Source of the DNA: Promethearchaeota archaeon
GTDB taxonomy: Archaea > Asgardarchaeota > Lokiarchaeia > Sigyniarchaeales > SOKP01
Assembly: GCA_011364925.1 (NCBI GenBank)
Contig: RDOA01000009.1
Coordinates: forward strand, 1-64,000
Reading direction: 5' to 3'
DNA: 64,000 nucleotides
Positions within the stretch are counted from its first letter, which is position 1. Each line of letters begins with the position of its first letter. The position numbers and the translations under genes were made by a program. This document shows, in pieces, positions 1-10,216 of this stretch. Under the pieces are notes generated by a model, which saw only the letters and a program-made list of their open reading frames with translations, was not told the DNA's origin and made no database searches.

Positions 1-237
1 TGGATCTTGATTAGCACTAAGCCTAATCAAATTTTTATCCTTTAAATCCTTAAGGATTGTATACATGGTTGAGTCCGTTGGCGTCCAAAATCCTAATGTT
101 CGTTCTTCTATTAGTTTTTTGATTTGATAACCATGTGTAGGTTCTCTCTTTAATACCATTAAAACAAAAATGTTCACGAAACCCTTTTTCATGGTTCTTT
201 CAAACTTATTTGCGATATTTTCAACCATAATTTTCAT
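1..237 (-). CDS. PadR-family transcriptional regulator (partial, runs off window start; alternative ATG at 228)
   Basis: Manual translation MKIMVENIANKFERTMKKGFVNIFVLMVLKREPTHGYQIKKLIEERTLGFWTPTDSTMYTILKDLKDKNLI has the PadR HGYxI...YxxLxxL pattern; not in the ORF track. Confidence 0.85.
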   Translation of the reverse strand, partial: MKIMVENIANKFERTMKKGFVNIFVLMVLKREPTHGYQIKKLIEERTLGFWTPTDSTMYTILKDLKDKNLIRLSANQDP

Positions 238-252
238 TTAAAATTTTCAAAC

Positions 253-303
253 ATACATCGAAATCTGATACATCAGTTTTTGATACATCGGTATTCGAAG
301 TAT
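253..303. promoter_or_regulatory. Putative operator array upstream of padR
   Basis: ATACATC at 253, 268 and 283 (exact 15-bp period); the last unit forms the imperfect palindrome ATACATCG-N5-CGAAGTAT. Confidence 0.55.
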
Positions 304-496
304 ATAAATCTTATTATTATAGAATAATTGGTCCAATGAAAAATTACTTCAATTCAAAAAATTAGGTGTAGAGATCTTGTTCGTGAAATCTATGACAGTT
401 TCGAGTGTATTATTCTAGTATTATATTGATATATTATTTAGTTTTCTCGTCTAAATATTAAAAAAAAATGTTTTAACAGTTCATAAGGTGGTTTTA

Positions 497-658
497 ATAA
501 AGCTCATAACATGTCATATTCCTGAACAATATTTAGCAGGGATAGAAAATCTTGTAAATATGAATGTTTATCCTAATCGATCTGAAGTTATCAGGGTTGC
601 TATTCGAGATCTATTAAAAGCGGAGTTAGGCACAATACTTCAAAAATCACAAGAATAA
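497..658 (+). CDS. Ribbon-helix-helix (CopG/Arc/MetJ, CdrS-like) regulator; start ATA 497 or GTG 488
   Basis: Manual translation (I/M)KLITCHIPEQYLAGIENLVNMNVYPNRSEVIRVAIRDLLKAELGTILQKSQE; YPNRSEVIR RHH motif; SD AGGTGG at 486-491. Confidence 0.85.
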   Translation: MKLITCHIPEQYLAGIENLVNMNVYPNRSEVIRVAIRDLLKAELGTILQKSQE

Positions 659-678
659 ACTTCATTTTTTTTAAATTT

Positions 679-1968
679 CTATAATAATTTAAACAGTTCC
701 CTTAGTGATGTTGTCATAATGTGAGATTGGACTTGCCTAGTTCCACCTCCAATTTCTTGTATACGAGAGATTCCTAGCAGATCTTGCATTAAAGTATTGT
801 CACATACTCCTGCGCCTCCCATGAGATTTGCACATTCATACACCACTCGTTCACTTAATTTAGCACTAAGAAATTTTAGCTGAGAAGCAGTAGTTCCCAA
901 AGCTAAGTTAAAGTCCTTAGGAAGAGTGCCTAGCTGTTCCAATTTATCGTCAACCATTTTACTTACATTAAGAGTTGCTAAAGTTAGACTCGTAGTTTGT
1001 GCCCAGAGATCCGCTAAAGGAAACCCTACTCCTTGATACTTTAAAATTTCTTTATCGAATTGCTTTCTCATGTTCGCATAAATTACGGCATGGGTAATAG
1101 CGTTCCAAGCTTCCGCAATATTTAAACATACAATAGTTAATCTCTCTAAATTTAGACCTTCAAATAAGTGCGACCTTCCTTCACCAGGTTTACCTAATAC
1201 GCAATTAGAAGAAATCCTTAAATTGTTAAAGTATTCCTTGGCTATGTGCATCCTTGGAGTCCAAGGAATGTTAATGCGCTCAGCAGTCCACCCGTTCAAA
1301 GAAGTGTCAACGAGGAATTGAGCCATAGTATTTCCGTTATTTTTTTCACTAACAGCATAGACTACGGCCCATCCTGCCTTACTTCCATTAGTTTGATATA
1401 TCTTTTCTCCGTTAAGCAAAAAACTCCCATCTTCTAGTTCTTCGCAAGTGGTTTGCATCCGTACTGCATCGGATCCTCTTTCTGGTTCGGTAATAACAAT
1501 TGCTCCTACTTTTTCCCCTGTAACTAGCTCTTTTACTGCTCTCAATCGAACTTCAACATCGTCGTTATGAAGCAAAATTGGATTTACTGCTATCGCTGTA
1601 GCTCCAGTAGACATTGTTAGTTGAGGATCAAAAAATTCCATCGCTAAAATTCTCATAAATTCAGCAGTCATCCCGTATGGTTCGTAATTTAAATTTACTT
1701 TCTCAAATTTGTGCAATCGAGAGATATAACCGTGCTTGCCTATTTCTGGTACCCATTCGTAGAAATCTTCGTTATGGGTTATACAGTTATCTTTTTCAAA
1801 GTTCTCAAAAAAAGCTTGAGCTTGCTTGAGAAATTGTAGATGTTCAGATTTTAAGAAGTTCGCTAGATTGTAAGATAAGAACTTATTTCGGGTGGGTAAA
1901 GAGAGTTTTTTGAGGATCTCATCGTCAATACATTGAACTTTGCCTTTTTTACCATTCACAATCGTCAC
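679..1968 (-). CDS. Acyl-CoA dehydrogenase family protein
   Basis: ITEPERGSDA, LNGEKIYQTNG, RKQFDKEI..YQGV, MGGAG and EIGGGT motifs. Confidence 0.92.
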   Translation of the reverse strand: MTIVNGKKGKVQCIDDEILKKLSLPTRNKFLSYNLANFLKSEHLQFLKQAQAFFENFEKDNCITHNEDFYEWVPEIGKHGYISRLHKFEKVNLNYEPYGMTAEFMRILAMEFFDPQLTMSTGATAIAVNPILLHNDDVEVRLRAVKELVTGEKVGAIVITEPERGSDAVRMQTTCEELEDGSFLLNGEKIYQTNGSKAGWAVVYAVSEKNNGNTMAQFLVDTSLNGWTAERINIPWTPRMHIAKEYFNNLRISSNCVLGKPGEGRSHLFEGLNLERLTIVCLNIAEAWNAITHAVIYANMRKQFDKEILKYQGVGFPLADLWAQTTSLTLATLNVSKMVDDKLEQLGTLPKDFNLALGTTASQLKFLSAKLSERVVYECANLMGGAGVCDNTLMQDLLGISRIQEIGGGTRQVQSHIMTTSLRELFKLL

Positions 1969-1988
1969 TTTTTTACAAAAAAATTATA

Positions 1989-2798
1989 CTATATTCCTCT
2001 ATCCTTCCAATCTGGTTTTCTTTTTTGCAGAAATGCTTTCGCACCTTCGGTATGTTTATCTCGTCTAACAAACATGGACATAACTCCTTCAGTTTCAATA
2101 AAAGTTCTTTCTTCGACAGTTCGCCCTACACATCGGACAACAGTTTCTTTATCCGTGCGAATAGCTCCTTGAGGGAGTTTACATATGGACAACGCTAATT
2201 CTTTAGCTCTTTTCATAAGTTGATCGTGAGGGACCACTTCGTTGACCAAGCCTATTCGATAAGCTTCCTGAGCGTCAATTACGCGCCCAGTGATAATGAG
2301 TTCCATAGCACGCGAGTATCCAATTACAAGTGGTAATCGAACGCAGAGTCCATCCCCTGCAACAATATTCCAACGGCGTTCAGTGGCTCCAAATTTAGCT
2401 CTTTCAGAAGCTATCCGAATATCTGCTAAAAGACAATTTTCAAGGCCTGCTGCGTAAGTATAACCATTTATGGCTGCAATAATTGGTTTGAAGATGTCGA
2501 ATTTTTTAGTATAGCCGCAAAATCCATCTACTCCATGCACAGCAACTCGAAATTGATCGTAATTGTCAATTCTCTCAAGCGCAGCAGCGTCGTTAAGGTC
2601 CCAACCCGCTGAAAACGCTTTATCCCCTGCTCCCGTAAAAATAGCTACTAACGCATCATCATCATCCCTAAAAGCTTTCCACGCTTCCTGTAATTCTAAA
2701 TTAGTTTCGTGATTGATGCAATTACGAACTTCTGGTCGATTTATAGTGATTGTGACAACCTGATCCTCTTTTTCATACAAAATATTCTTAAATTTCAT
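1989..2798 (-). CDS. Enoyl-CoA hydratase/isomerase family protein
   Basis: TITINRPEVRN, AFSAGWDL, KPIIAAINGY, DIRIASERAKFG, IDAQEAYRIGLVN. Confidence 0.93.
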   Translation of the reverse strand: MKFKNILYEKEDQVVTITINRPEVRNCINHETNLELQEAWKAFRDDDDALVAIFTGAGDKAFSAGWDLNDAAALERIDNYDQFRVAVHGVDGFCGYTKKFDIFKPIIAAINGYTYAAGLENCLLADIRIASERAKFGATERRWNIVAGDGLCVRLPLVIGYSRAMELIITGRVIDAQEAYRIGLVNEVVPHDQLMKRAKELALSICKLPQGAIRTDKETVVRCVGRTVEERTFIETEGVMSMFVRRDKHTEGAKAFLQKRKPDWKDRGI

Positions 2799-2928
2799 TT
2801 TGAAGTCTTTTATCTGTAGATTTTAAATTAAATTTTTGAACATTTAATAAGCAATTTAGTTATTGCTTATTGTTTAAAACTTTTTAATTTTGAAGGTTTA
2901 TTAGTATTAAAAGAAACTACCATTTAAA

Positions 2929-4077
2929 TTGAAATTAATGTTAGATGAAAAATATAAAAAAGCGGGACATATTATAGTGAAATCGGGTGCAGTACCAACA
3001 CCAGTGAATCAAACCTTAATAGATATATTGAAAACTCAATTAACTGAAGAAGAATTGGATTTCATTAATGCTTTTAGAAGGAAAACATCCCAAACGATGG
3101 AGCAGTTAAAAAAGACTAGTAAATTATCCGAAACTCAGATTCTATCTTTTGTAAAAAGATTAGCAAAGAAAGGATTCATATTTAATCAACCTAATTCACA
3201 GGGAGTTATGGTTTATCGCTTGATGCCATTGTTAATGGTCGGTGCGTTCGAATACCTCTACATGAAAAAAATTGAGCGTAATAAGGTTGAGGAAAAACTT
3301 GCGAAAATGTTTTCAAAATATTTCGATGAAACCAGAGATTTTATTCAAGCGAATTATGAACAAATCCTTCCAATATTTGAGAATATGCTTCCAATTGATA
3401 GAACGATGCCAATTTTAGCTGAAACCATTCAAGGAGACCAAATAAATGTAACTATAGGCAAAGAACTTGAAGTTCCCGAGGAATTTATCTTACCAACACA
3501 GAAGATAGAAGAATTAATTGAAAAATTCGATGATATTGCTGTTGGACATTGCTTTTGTAGACACCACAGAGATTTATTAGGGAAACCCTGTAAAGTCACT
3601 AACTTGAGGGAAAATTGCTTTACATTCGGTAAATCCGCAAGGTTTGTAGAAGAACAAGGATTTGGGCGTTTGATCTCTAAGGAAGAGGCATTAAAGATTA
3701 TGAAAAAATCTGAAGATGACGGCTTAGTCCATAAAGCATTTCACCCCCATTCAGATATTACAAAAGCAGAAACAAGTATTTGCAATTGCTGTAAGGACTG
3801 TTGTGGTACTTTAGAATGGTGGAGAATGGGAATGGTTGCGTTAATCAACTCAACAAATCATTTGTCTCAAATAAACCCAGATCTATGCAGTGGTTGTGGA
3901 ATTTGCGTAGAAAAATGTCCCGTTGACGCAATAAAATTAAATGAAATTAATGTGGCTGAGGTAAACGGTGAAAATTGTGTTGGATGTGGGGTATGTGCGC
4001 ATTTTTGTCCTGAAAACGCGATCTCCTTGCTTGAAGGTATGCGAAAAGTATATGTAGCACCTCCAAAGCTAAGATAA
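2929..4077 (+). CDS. 4Fe-4S dicluster protein with N-terminal HTH-like domain
   Basis: CFCR, ICNCCKDCC and two C-terminal CxxCxxCxxxCP motifs. Confidence 0.85.
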   Translation: MKLMLDEKYKKAGHIIVKSGAVPTPVNQTLIDILKTQLTEEELDFINAFRRKTSQTMEQLKKTSKLSETQILSFVKRLAKKGFIFNQPNSQGVMVYRLMPLLMVGAFEYLYMKKIERNKVEEKLAKMFSKYFDETRDFIQANYEQILPIFENMLPIDRTMPILAETIQGDQINVTIGKELEVPEEFILPTQKIEELIEKFDDIAVGHCFCRHHRDLLGKPCKVTNLRENCFTFGKSARFVEEQGFGRLISKEEALKIMKKSEDDGLVHKAFHPHSDITKAETSICNCCKDCCGTLEWWRMGMVALINSTNHLSQINPDLCSGCGICVEKCPVDAIKLNEINVAEVNGENCVGCGVCAHFCPENAISLLEGMRKVYVAPPKLR

Positions 4078-4126
4078 TAAGATTATGTAATTCTATTATA
4101 TTTTATATTTTTTCTTTTAATCCATT

Positions 4127-5044
4127 TCATTTTAAGATTACTAAGCTGAGTGTCATGATAAACATTCCAACAATTATCCCAAGAATGGATAGGTGTTCGT
4201 ATCCTAGTGATCTTGAAGCAGGTAACAATTCGTCCAACGAAATGTATACCATTACACCAGCAACGATAGCAAGCATTGCACTTAATACAAATGGAGTAAT
4301 AAATGGAGCTAAAACGATCCAAGTAATAGCAGCACCTAATGGCTCGCTTATTCCGGAAAGAAACGACCACTTAAATGCCTTTTTCTTATTTCCTGTAACT
4401 GTATAAATAGGCACGGCGACAGCTATTCCTTCAGGAATGTTATGAAGGGCTATCGCTACTGCTAAAATGAGTCCTAATTGAACATTTGTGATTCCTCCTA
4501 TAAAAGTAGCCATTCCTTCAGGAAAATTATGAATGAAAACACCTAAAAATGTAAAAATCGATGTTTTTACGAAATTTACTTCTGAATTGCGTCCACGACC
4601 ATCGCGAGGTCGTTTTTTGGTCCCATCTCTTGGTCCTTGACGAAGTCCTCGACGATTTCGATGCTCTCTAATTTTTGGTTTTTTATGGTATAAAACATGA
4701 TGTGAATGAGGTATGCAGGATCCATTAGTGTTGGTTAACATTTCTATTGAATCTTCGAATTCATACTCGTGAGAGATAAATGCATCAATACCGAACATAA
4801 TTAACAGCCCCAGAAAGAAAAATAGTGAAGCATTTAATAATTTAAGGGATTTAATAGCTTCTTGCAATAGTTCTAAAAATGCTATCAATATCATTACTCC
4901 TGCTGAAAATCCCATTATAAAGGAAATAAATTTAGGATTAGGTTTTTTTACAATGAATGCAATAACACTTCCGATTGTGGTTGATAATCCAGCAAGTAAG
5001 CTTAAAAAGAACGCAAATAAAAAGTCTTCCAATGAAAAATTCAC
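4127..5044 (-). CDS. zupT: ZIP-family divalent metal transporter
   Basis: GFSAGVM, IHNFPEG, LHNIPEGIAVA, SGISEPLGA, ISLDELLP. Confidence 0.9.
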   Translation of the reverse strand: MNFSLEDFLFAFFLSLLAGLSTTIGSVIAFIVKKPNPKFISFIMGFSAGVMILIAFLELLQEAIKSLKLLNASLFFFLGLLIMFGIDAFISHEYEFEDSIEMLTNTNGSCIPHSHHVLYHKKPKIREHRNRRGLRQGPRDGTKKRPRDGRGRNSEVNFVKTSIFTFLGVFIHNFPEGMATFIGGITNVQLGLILAVAIALHNIPEGIAVAVPIYTVTGNKKKAFKWSFLSGISEPLGAAITWIVLAPFITPFVLSAMLAIVAGVMVYISLDELLPASRSLGYEHLSILGIIVGMFIMTLSLVILK

Positions 5045-5291
5045 TAATTTAGTTATATCTAAATTAATGTAATAATAAACAATATTTAAAAGTTTTGGAA
5101 TCTAAATCTTCTATATTATCTACTTATAATTAAAATCTTTTGAAGATTTTTTACGAAAATTATTATAGCATCAATAGATTACGAAAGAAAAAGCTATGAA
5201 ATGTTTTGCGGTCAATTGAGTCTATATTGATACCATTAATAATATTGATTCATTTCACTATTTAAAGATATAACATTTGAGTTAGGATTTT

Positions 5292-6323
5292 TTGATGAGA
5301 GAACTAAGTCAAGCTGATAAACTCTTCTTCTTTGAAAGAAGCTTTTTTACGTTAGATGGATTATGGATGATTGAAGTCGAAAATATTACTAATTGGGAGA
5401 CCGCTTTAAATATTGATTTGACTGTATGGAAAAAGGTGCTTAAAATTGTGATTCGTAGATTGAAGAAATACTTAAATTTGGTTGGAAACGATTTAAATGC
5501 CTTAGTAGACATTCTAACATTCCGATGGTCTATAGAAGGTTGGGGATACAAAGTATTGACGCGTGAACACGATAAAGTTAAAATTATAGTCAACCAATGT
5601 CCTTATAAAGGAACAATGGATCGTAATCCGGAACGTACTGAAAAGCTACCCTTAATTTGCAGAGATATGTGTATTCCTCTGTATAAATCCGTGAGTAAAG
5701 AATTTAATAAAAATATAACCTTGTATAGACCATTAAGTATGGGATTAGGAGACGATTATTGCGAGTTTTCATTTTCTTACGAAGAAACTGCTAAGGATGA
5801 TAATATACTGGGTGATCTTACTAAAAATGCGAGAAAAATTAGTAAAGAAGATAAACTTTTTTATTTTGAAAAAACTTTTCGAACTCTGGATGGAATATGG
5901 ATGATAGAATCAGAAAAAGAGCTTGGTTGGGATACGGCTCTCAAACTTGATATCATGGTGTGGCAGAAATTATATAAAATTACTTTCCGCCGAGTGAAAA
6001 AGTATTTAAAAATAAGTGGGAATACATTAGAGGATTTAGTTAATATCTTGTCTTTTATTTGGAATTGCGAAGGAAACATTCACGACATTTATGAAGTTGG
6101 AGAAAATAAGTTTACAATAAGTATTGTGGAATGTCCTTACATAGAAGCAATGAAAAGGAATCCTGAAAGGCACAACAGGATTGAGTCAATTTGTAAAGAA
6201 ATGTGTGTATCCTATTTACGCCCTGTTATTAACGAATTCAATCCTGAAATTGAAATCACTAGAGATAAATTTATAGGATTAGGGGACGTAAAGTGTAATA
6301 TTATATTAAGTTTGAAAGAATAG
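5292..6323 (+). CDS. Tandem two-domain DUF6125/ATC-hydrolase-like (V4R-related) protein
   Basis: Two homologous halves: DKLFxFE..F.TLDG.WMIE ... CPY...M.RNPER...IC..MC ... GLGD..C. Confidence 0.7.
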   Translation: MMRELSQADKLFFFERSFFTLDGLWMIEVENITNWETALNIDLTVWKKVLKIVIRRLKKYLNLVGNDLNALVDILTFRWSIEGWGYKVLTREHDKVKIIVNQCPYKGTMDRNPERTEKLPLICRDMCIPLYKSVSKEFNKNITLYRPLSMGLGDDYCEFSFSYEETAKDDNILGDLTKNARKISKEDKLFYFEKTFRTLDGIWMIESEKELGWDTALKLDIMVWQKLYKITFRRVKKYLKISGNTLEDLVNILSFIWNCEGNIHDIYEVGENKFTISIVECPYIEAMKRNPERHNRIESICKEMCVSYLRPVINEFNPEIEITRDKFIGLGDVKCNIILSLKE

Positions 6324-6348
6324 AAAGCTTATCAGTCTTATGTTCCTT

Positions 6349-8214
6349 CTAATTATAAACTTGTTTATAAAAATCCACTTGATTTTTGACTTTAGATTTA
6401 ATTAAATCTTGTTCTAGTGGTTCTAAATTGTAAAGCTCGAAGATAATAGCATCTACATCTCTTATTTCAGATATGATTTCTTTACTAAAAAATCCATTAT
6501 TATCTAAAAGTGAGTTTGTAATTCGTTGAACGCAATCGCTTAGTTTTAGTTTTATCTTTGTTGTCGCATCCATAACAGGTAAATGTCGTATCATATATTG
6601 ATTTAGATTTATTGTTGTATTTTGTTGATTGTTAATTCCATAAAAACAGTAGAATTGAATTAAAGAAGAATTTATAATTGCGTTGAGGTATCTCAGCTCT
6701 ATTTCATCCTCACATATTAGAGAGTAGATTGAAGAAGTAAAGCATACTCTTTCTTTACTGAACACAGATTGAGGAAAAATACTGTTATGTTTAATTAACA
6801 ATTTGGGATTAATATAAAATTCGTATTTTTTGCCTTTTAGAATTTTTGGATCGACTCTTTCGATATCAAATGATTTTTCTTTTTTAAAATAATAGTAATT
6901 AAAATCCCCTTTAGCTTTTATAAAGTAGCAGCTATTATTGGTGTTTTCCTCTATAATATCTAATACTCTCTTTAATCCTTTATCTTCTTCTCCTCTGATC
7001 ATGTTTGGGATTCGCTCGATATTAAGATAATTTAAATTCCCCAAGTGTTCGATCTTGTTGATAAGTTTTAAGATAATTTTATTTGGTTTAATTCTAATGC
7101 GATTCAGCGTAAAAGTTTTAGCACTACAATATGGACAATTAAATTCGTGTGTATATACATAAATCTTTTTGGTTTGAACGCTTAAATTGCAAACTTTATT
7201 TAAACATATCCTTAAAGAATCAAATTTTTGAGCCGGGTATCGGAGAATTTTTTCATTAGGATATTGATAAATTTCCAAATCCTTTTTCTCTTTTCCTTTT
7301 TTCTCATAGAATAGGATTTGGACTTCATTTGTAGCTTTAGCGAACAAATTAGGACCGAGATCATATATTTTGAGAATATTAGCACATGATAATAACTTAT
7401 TTCTAAATTCTACATACCCTTGTCTTAATAAGAAGCTTTTTGGTACTAAGTATCCTATTATGTTATCAGTCCAATCAATGGATTTTATGATAAAAGCACA
7501 GTAAATGTCGTTATAAAAAATATTTTCTAATTTTAGTCTTTCTTTTTGTTTTTTATCCAATATATTACCATAAGGAGGATTGCCGATAACGAAATCATAT
7601 TTCTTTTCAGCTTTTAGTCTTAAACTATCTTCCAATAATATGTTTGATGCTAGGGTCGAGATTAGAGAAGAATTGTTTGGATTATTTTTATTATACGCCC
7701 ATTTAAATAATTTTAAGATACATAATTTTCTAGCGTACTCATTAATTTCGAAACCAAAAATGTTTTTCAAGATATTACATTTATTTTCAACTACATCTAA
7801 TTCTGGTTCAAGAAGTCGAATAAGTTCATAAATTTTATCTAAAGCACTTACAAGAAATGCTCCCGAACCACAGGCAGGATCGAGAACAGTAAAATTTAGC
7901 ATATTTTGTTTAACGATTCCTTTTAGATCAGGATTTAGATAGGCAATATCATCTAAACTTTTAATTTCATTACCATCAAGGCATTTATTCAAGAAAAGGA
8001 CTATTCCTTCAGAAACTATGAAGTTTGTAACAGATTCTCGTGTGTAATAAGTCCCTTCCCTTTTTCTATTTCCATGTTCACTTAAGAAATCTGATTCAAT
8101 TCTCGATAATTCTTCAAAAATCTTTGATAGGTTGATTTGGTCACCAGTTTCAATATAATTTAGGGTTGATTCGAATGCAATGTCAACATTATGGAATATA
8201 TCTCTTTCCTTCAT
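6349..8214 (-). CDS. N6-adenine DNA methyltransferase (gamma class, Eco57I/TaqI-like)
   Basis: GTYYT, motif I VLDPACGSGAFL, motif IV GNPPY, TaqI-like C-terminal YLNAIINS. Confidence 0.88.
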   Translation of the reverse strand: MKERDIFHNVDIAFESTLNYIETGDQINLSKIFEELSRIESDFLSEHGNRKREGTYYTRESVTNFIVSEGIVLFLNKCLDGNEIKSLDDIAYLNPDLKGIVKQNMLNFTVLDPACGSGAFLVSALDKIYELIRLLEPELDVVENKCNILKNIFGFEINEYARKLCILKLFKWAYNKNNPNNSSLISTLASNILLEDSLRLKAEKKYDFVIGNPPYGNILDKKQKERLKLENIFYNDIYCAFIIKSIDWTDNIIGYLVPKSFLLRQGYVEFRNKLLSCANILKIYDLGPNLFAKATNEVQILFYEKKGKEKKDLEIYQYPNEKILRYPAQKFDSLRICLNKVCNLSVQTKKIYVYTHEFNCPYCSAKTFTLNRIRIKPNKIILKLINKIEHLGNLNYLNIERIPNMIRGEEDKGLKRVLDIIEENTNNSCYFIKAKGDFNYYYFKKEKSFDIERVDPKILKGKKYEFYINPKLLIKHNSIFPQSVFSKERVCFTSSIYSLICEDEIELRYLNAIINSSLIQFYCFYGINNQQNTTINLNQYMIRHLPVMDATTKIKLKLSDCVQRITNSLLDNNGFFSKEIISEIRDVDAIIFELYNLEPLEQDLIKSKVKNQVDFYKQVYN

Positions 8215-8350
8215 ACTTTTACATTATGGAGCTTATTGATAATCTATTGATAATATAGAAACCGAAAAATATAATCCTGTAGATAGTTAATTCTTATAAT
8301 GCATATTCTTTATCTTTTTATAGTTAAATTTATTTATTAATATCAGAAGC

Positions 8351-8842
8351 ATGACAAATAACGAAGATGAAAAAGACGGAGTAGCTCCGATCAAGCCTAT
8401 AATCAAAAAAATGAAAAAGGAATACGATAGAGATCCTACTGATTGGAGAGTAATTGGATCTAAAGACGATCACGGAAATACAGATACTTTTATAACTAAA
8501 AAACCAAATGCTTACTGGTTAAAATCCAAGATGCTAAATCCCTATTCATCTTTAAGTATGGGTACAGTGGTTCGTAACATCGACAATGATATCGACGAGA
8601 CGTCAGAGAAAGGGAAAGCTTTATCTCCAGACGAGATGCTTCGATTGTTTGGCATGATTGTGCCAATAAAAAAAGATCAAAGTATCGTTGCTTCAGGAAT
8701 TGAGAAATTTTCTCAACAACATGGAGACTATTTAAAAAAAATAATTGCTGAAAGAGATTCAAATCTAGGTTTCCAGATGGTAAAAAGAATTGATGAGGAG
8801 TTTACCAAAAAATATCCTCAAAGAAAGAATTTATATATTTAA
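8351..8842 (+). CDS. Hypothetical protein
   Basis: 163-aa ORF with normal composition filling the gap; no motif recognised. Confidence 0.7.
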   Translation: MTNNEDEKDGVAPIKPIIKKMKKEYDRDPTDWRVIGSKDDHGNTDTFITKKPNAYWLKSKMLNPYSSLSMGTVVRNIDNDIDETSEKGKALSPDEMLRLFGMIVPIKKDQSIVASGIEKFSQQHGDYLKKIIAERDSNLGFQMVKRIDEEFTKKYPQRKNLYI

Positions 8843-8901
8843 AAAATTTTGTGCTTTTCCTAGTTCCAATTTGTAATATTATAAAAAAAGATAAATATTA
8901 C

Positions 8902-9315
8902 CTATATCTTGCTTGTTAGAGTCCCGAGTTCGTCTTTACTTTTTATTATAGGTAATTTTGATGAATACTTGGAGGAATTATTTATTAATTCAGATATGAT
9001 GGCATTCATCTTTTCGGGACCAGATTTTTCTTCAAGAGTTTTTGCGAAATCTTTAACTAATGGAATTTTTAGATCGTCAACATAAAAAGATACTCCTTTT
9101 TCAACCTCTTCGAGAAGAAATTGAAAGGATAAATCCGCAGTTCTCTCAGTTACAAAAAGAGGTTCATCTTTTTCTTCAAATGTATATGAAATTTCTTTCC
9201 AACGCGTTCCACTAGCATCTACAGGAATCATTCCAAAAATATAATCGCTGGTGTAAATCCAGAAAGGAGTTCCGTTATCAAAAGATGAATCAACGATTGT
9301 TTTGAATTCACTCAT
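8902..9315 (-). CDS. Hypothetical protein
   Basis: 137-aa ORF; no motif recognised. Confidence 0.7.
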   Translation of the reverse strand: MSEFKTIVDSSFDNGTPFWIYTSDYIFGMIPVDASGTRWKEISYTFEEKDEPLFVTERTADLSFQFLLEEVEKGVSFYVDDLKIPLVKDFAKTLEEKSGPEKMNAIISELINNSSKYSSKLPIIKSKDELGTLTSKI

Positions 9316-9439
9316 ACTAGATCAATATTTAATAATTAAGAGTTTTTTTTAAATGTATAATCTTATCATGATTATTTGAATTTTAGCTTTTTAATACCCT
9401 TTTATATGAATTTTTAAAAAAAAAAAGATTACTGACATT

Positions 9440-10207
9440 ATGCGGGAGCTTGATTACGAAAAATTAGTTGATGATATTCAAGACTGGATTATTACGTATG
9501 TTAAATCTGCTAAAGCTGAATATGTTGTAGTTGGATTAAGCGGTGGAATAGATAGCGCAGTTTCCGCAACCTTATGCGCAAAAGCTCTTGGGAGCGAAAG
9601 TGTTCTTGGATTGGGGCTACCTTGTGGTTCAATATCACAAGACTTTGAAGATGCTAAATTAGTTGCAAATTTTTTAGACATAGATTTTGAAATTTTTGAC
9701 ATAACGCCTATCTATGAGAAAATCCTAGAAATATCAAAAGCTATACCCAGAGAAGAGATTTTGGCTTTAGCAAATCTCAAACCCCGTCTACGCATGGCGA
9801 TGTTATATTTTGTCGGTCAAACTAAGGGTAAATGTTTGATTGTTGGAACAAGTAATCGAACAGAACTAGCAATTGGATATTTCACTAAATTTGGGGATGG
9901 AGCGGCAGATTTTGAACCTTTAGCGTCTTTATATAAGCAAGAGGTAAGAAAGGTTGCTGAGATCTTAAAAATACCTCGAAGAGTAATAACAAAAGCACCT
10001 AGTGCTGGTCTTTGGGAGGGTCAAACAGATGAAGGCGAAATTGGATTATCATACGATATTATTGACGAGATTTTGTATAGAATTGATAATAACTTAGATT
10101 TTAAAGGTTTTAATGAGAGAGACATCTCTAAAGTGAGAAAAATGATGAGCGCAGCTGAACATAAGTTAAGTATGCCACCATTCTTTGATGTTAGAAGAAC
10201 TGAATAA
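9440..10207 (+). CDS. nadE: NH3-dependent NAD+ synthetase
   Basis: GLSGGIDS PP-loop, NLKPRLRM, GYFTKFGDG, KAPSAGLWEGQTDE. Confidence 0.95.
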   Translation: MRELDYEKLVDDIQDWIITYVKSAKAEYVVVGLSGGIDSAVSATLCAKALGSESVLGLGLPCGSISQDFEDAKLVANFLDIDFEIFDITPIYEKILEISKAIPREEILALANLKPRLRMAMLYFVGQTKGKCLIVGTSNRTELAIGYFTKFGDGAADFEPLASLYKQEVRKVAEILKIPRRVITKAPSAGLWEGQTDEGEIGLSYDIIDEILYRIDNNLDFKGFNERDISKVRKMMSAAEHKLSMPPFFDVRRTE

Positions 10208-10216
10208 CAATGTAAA

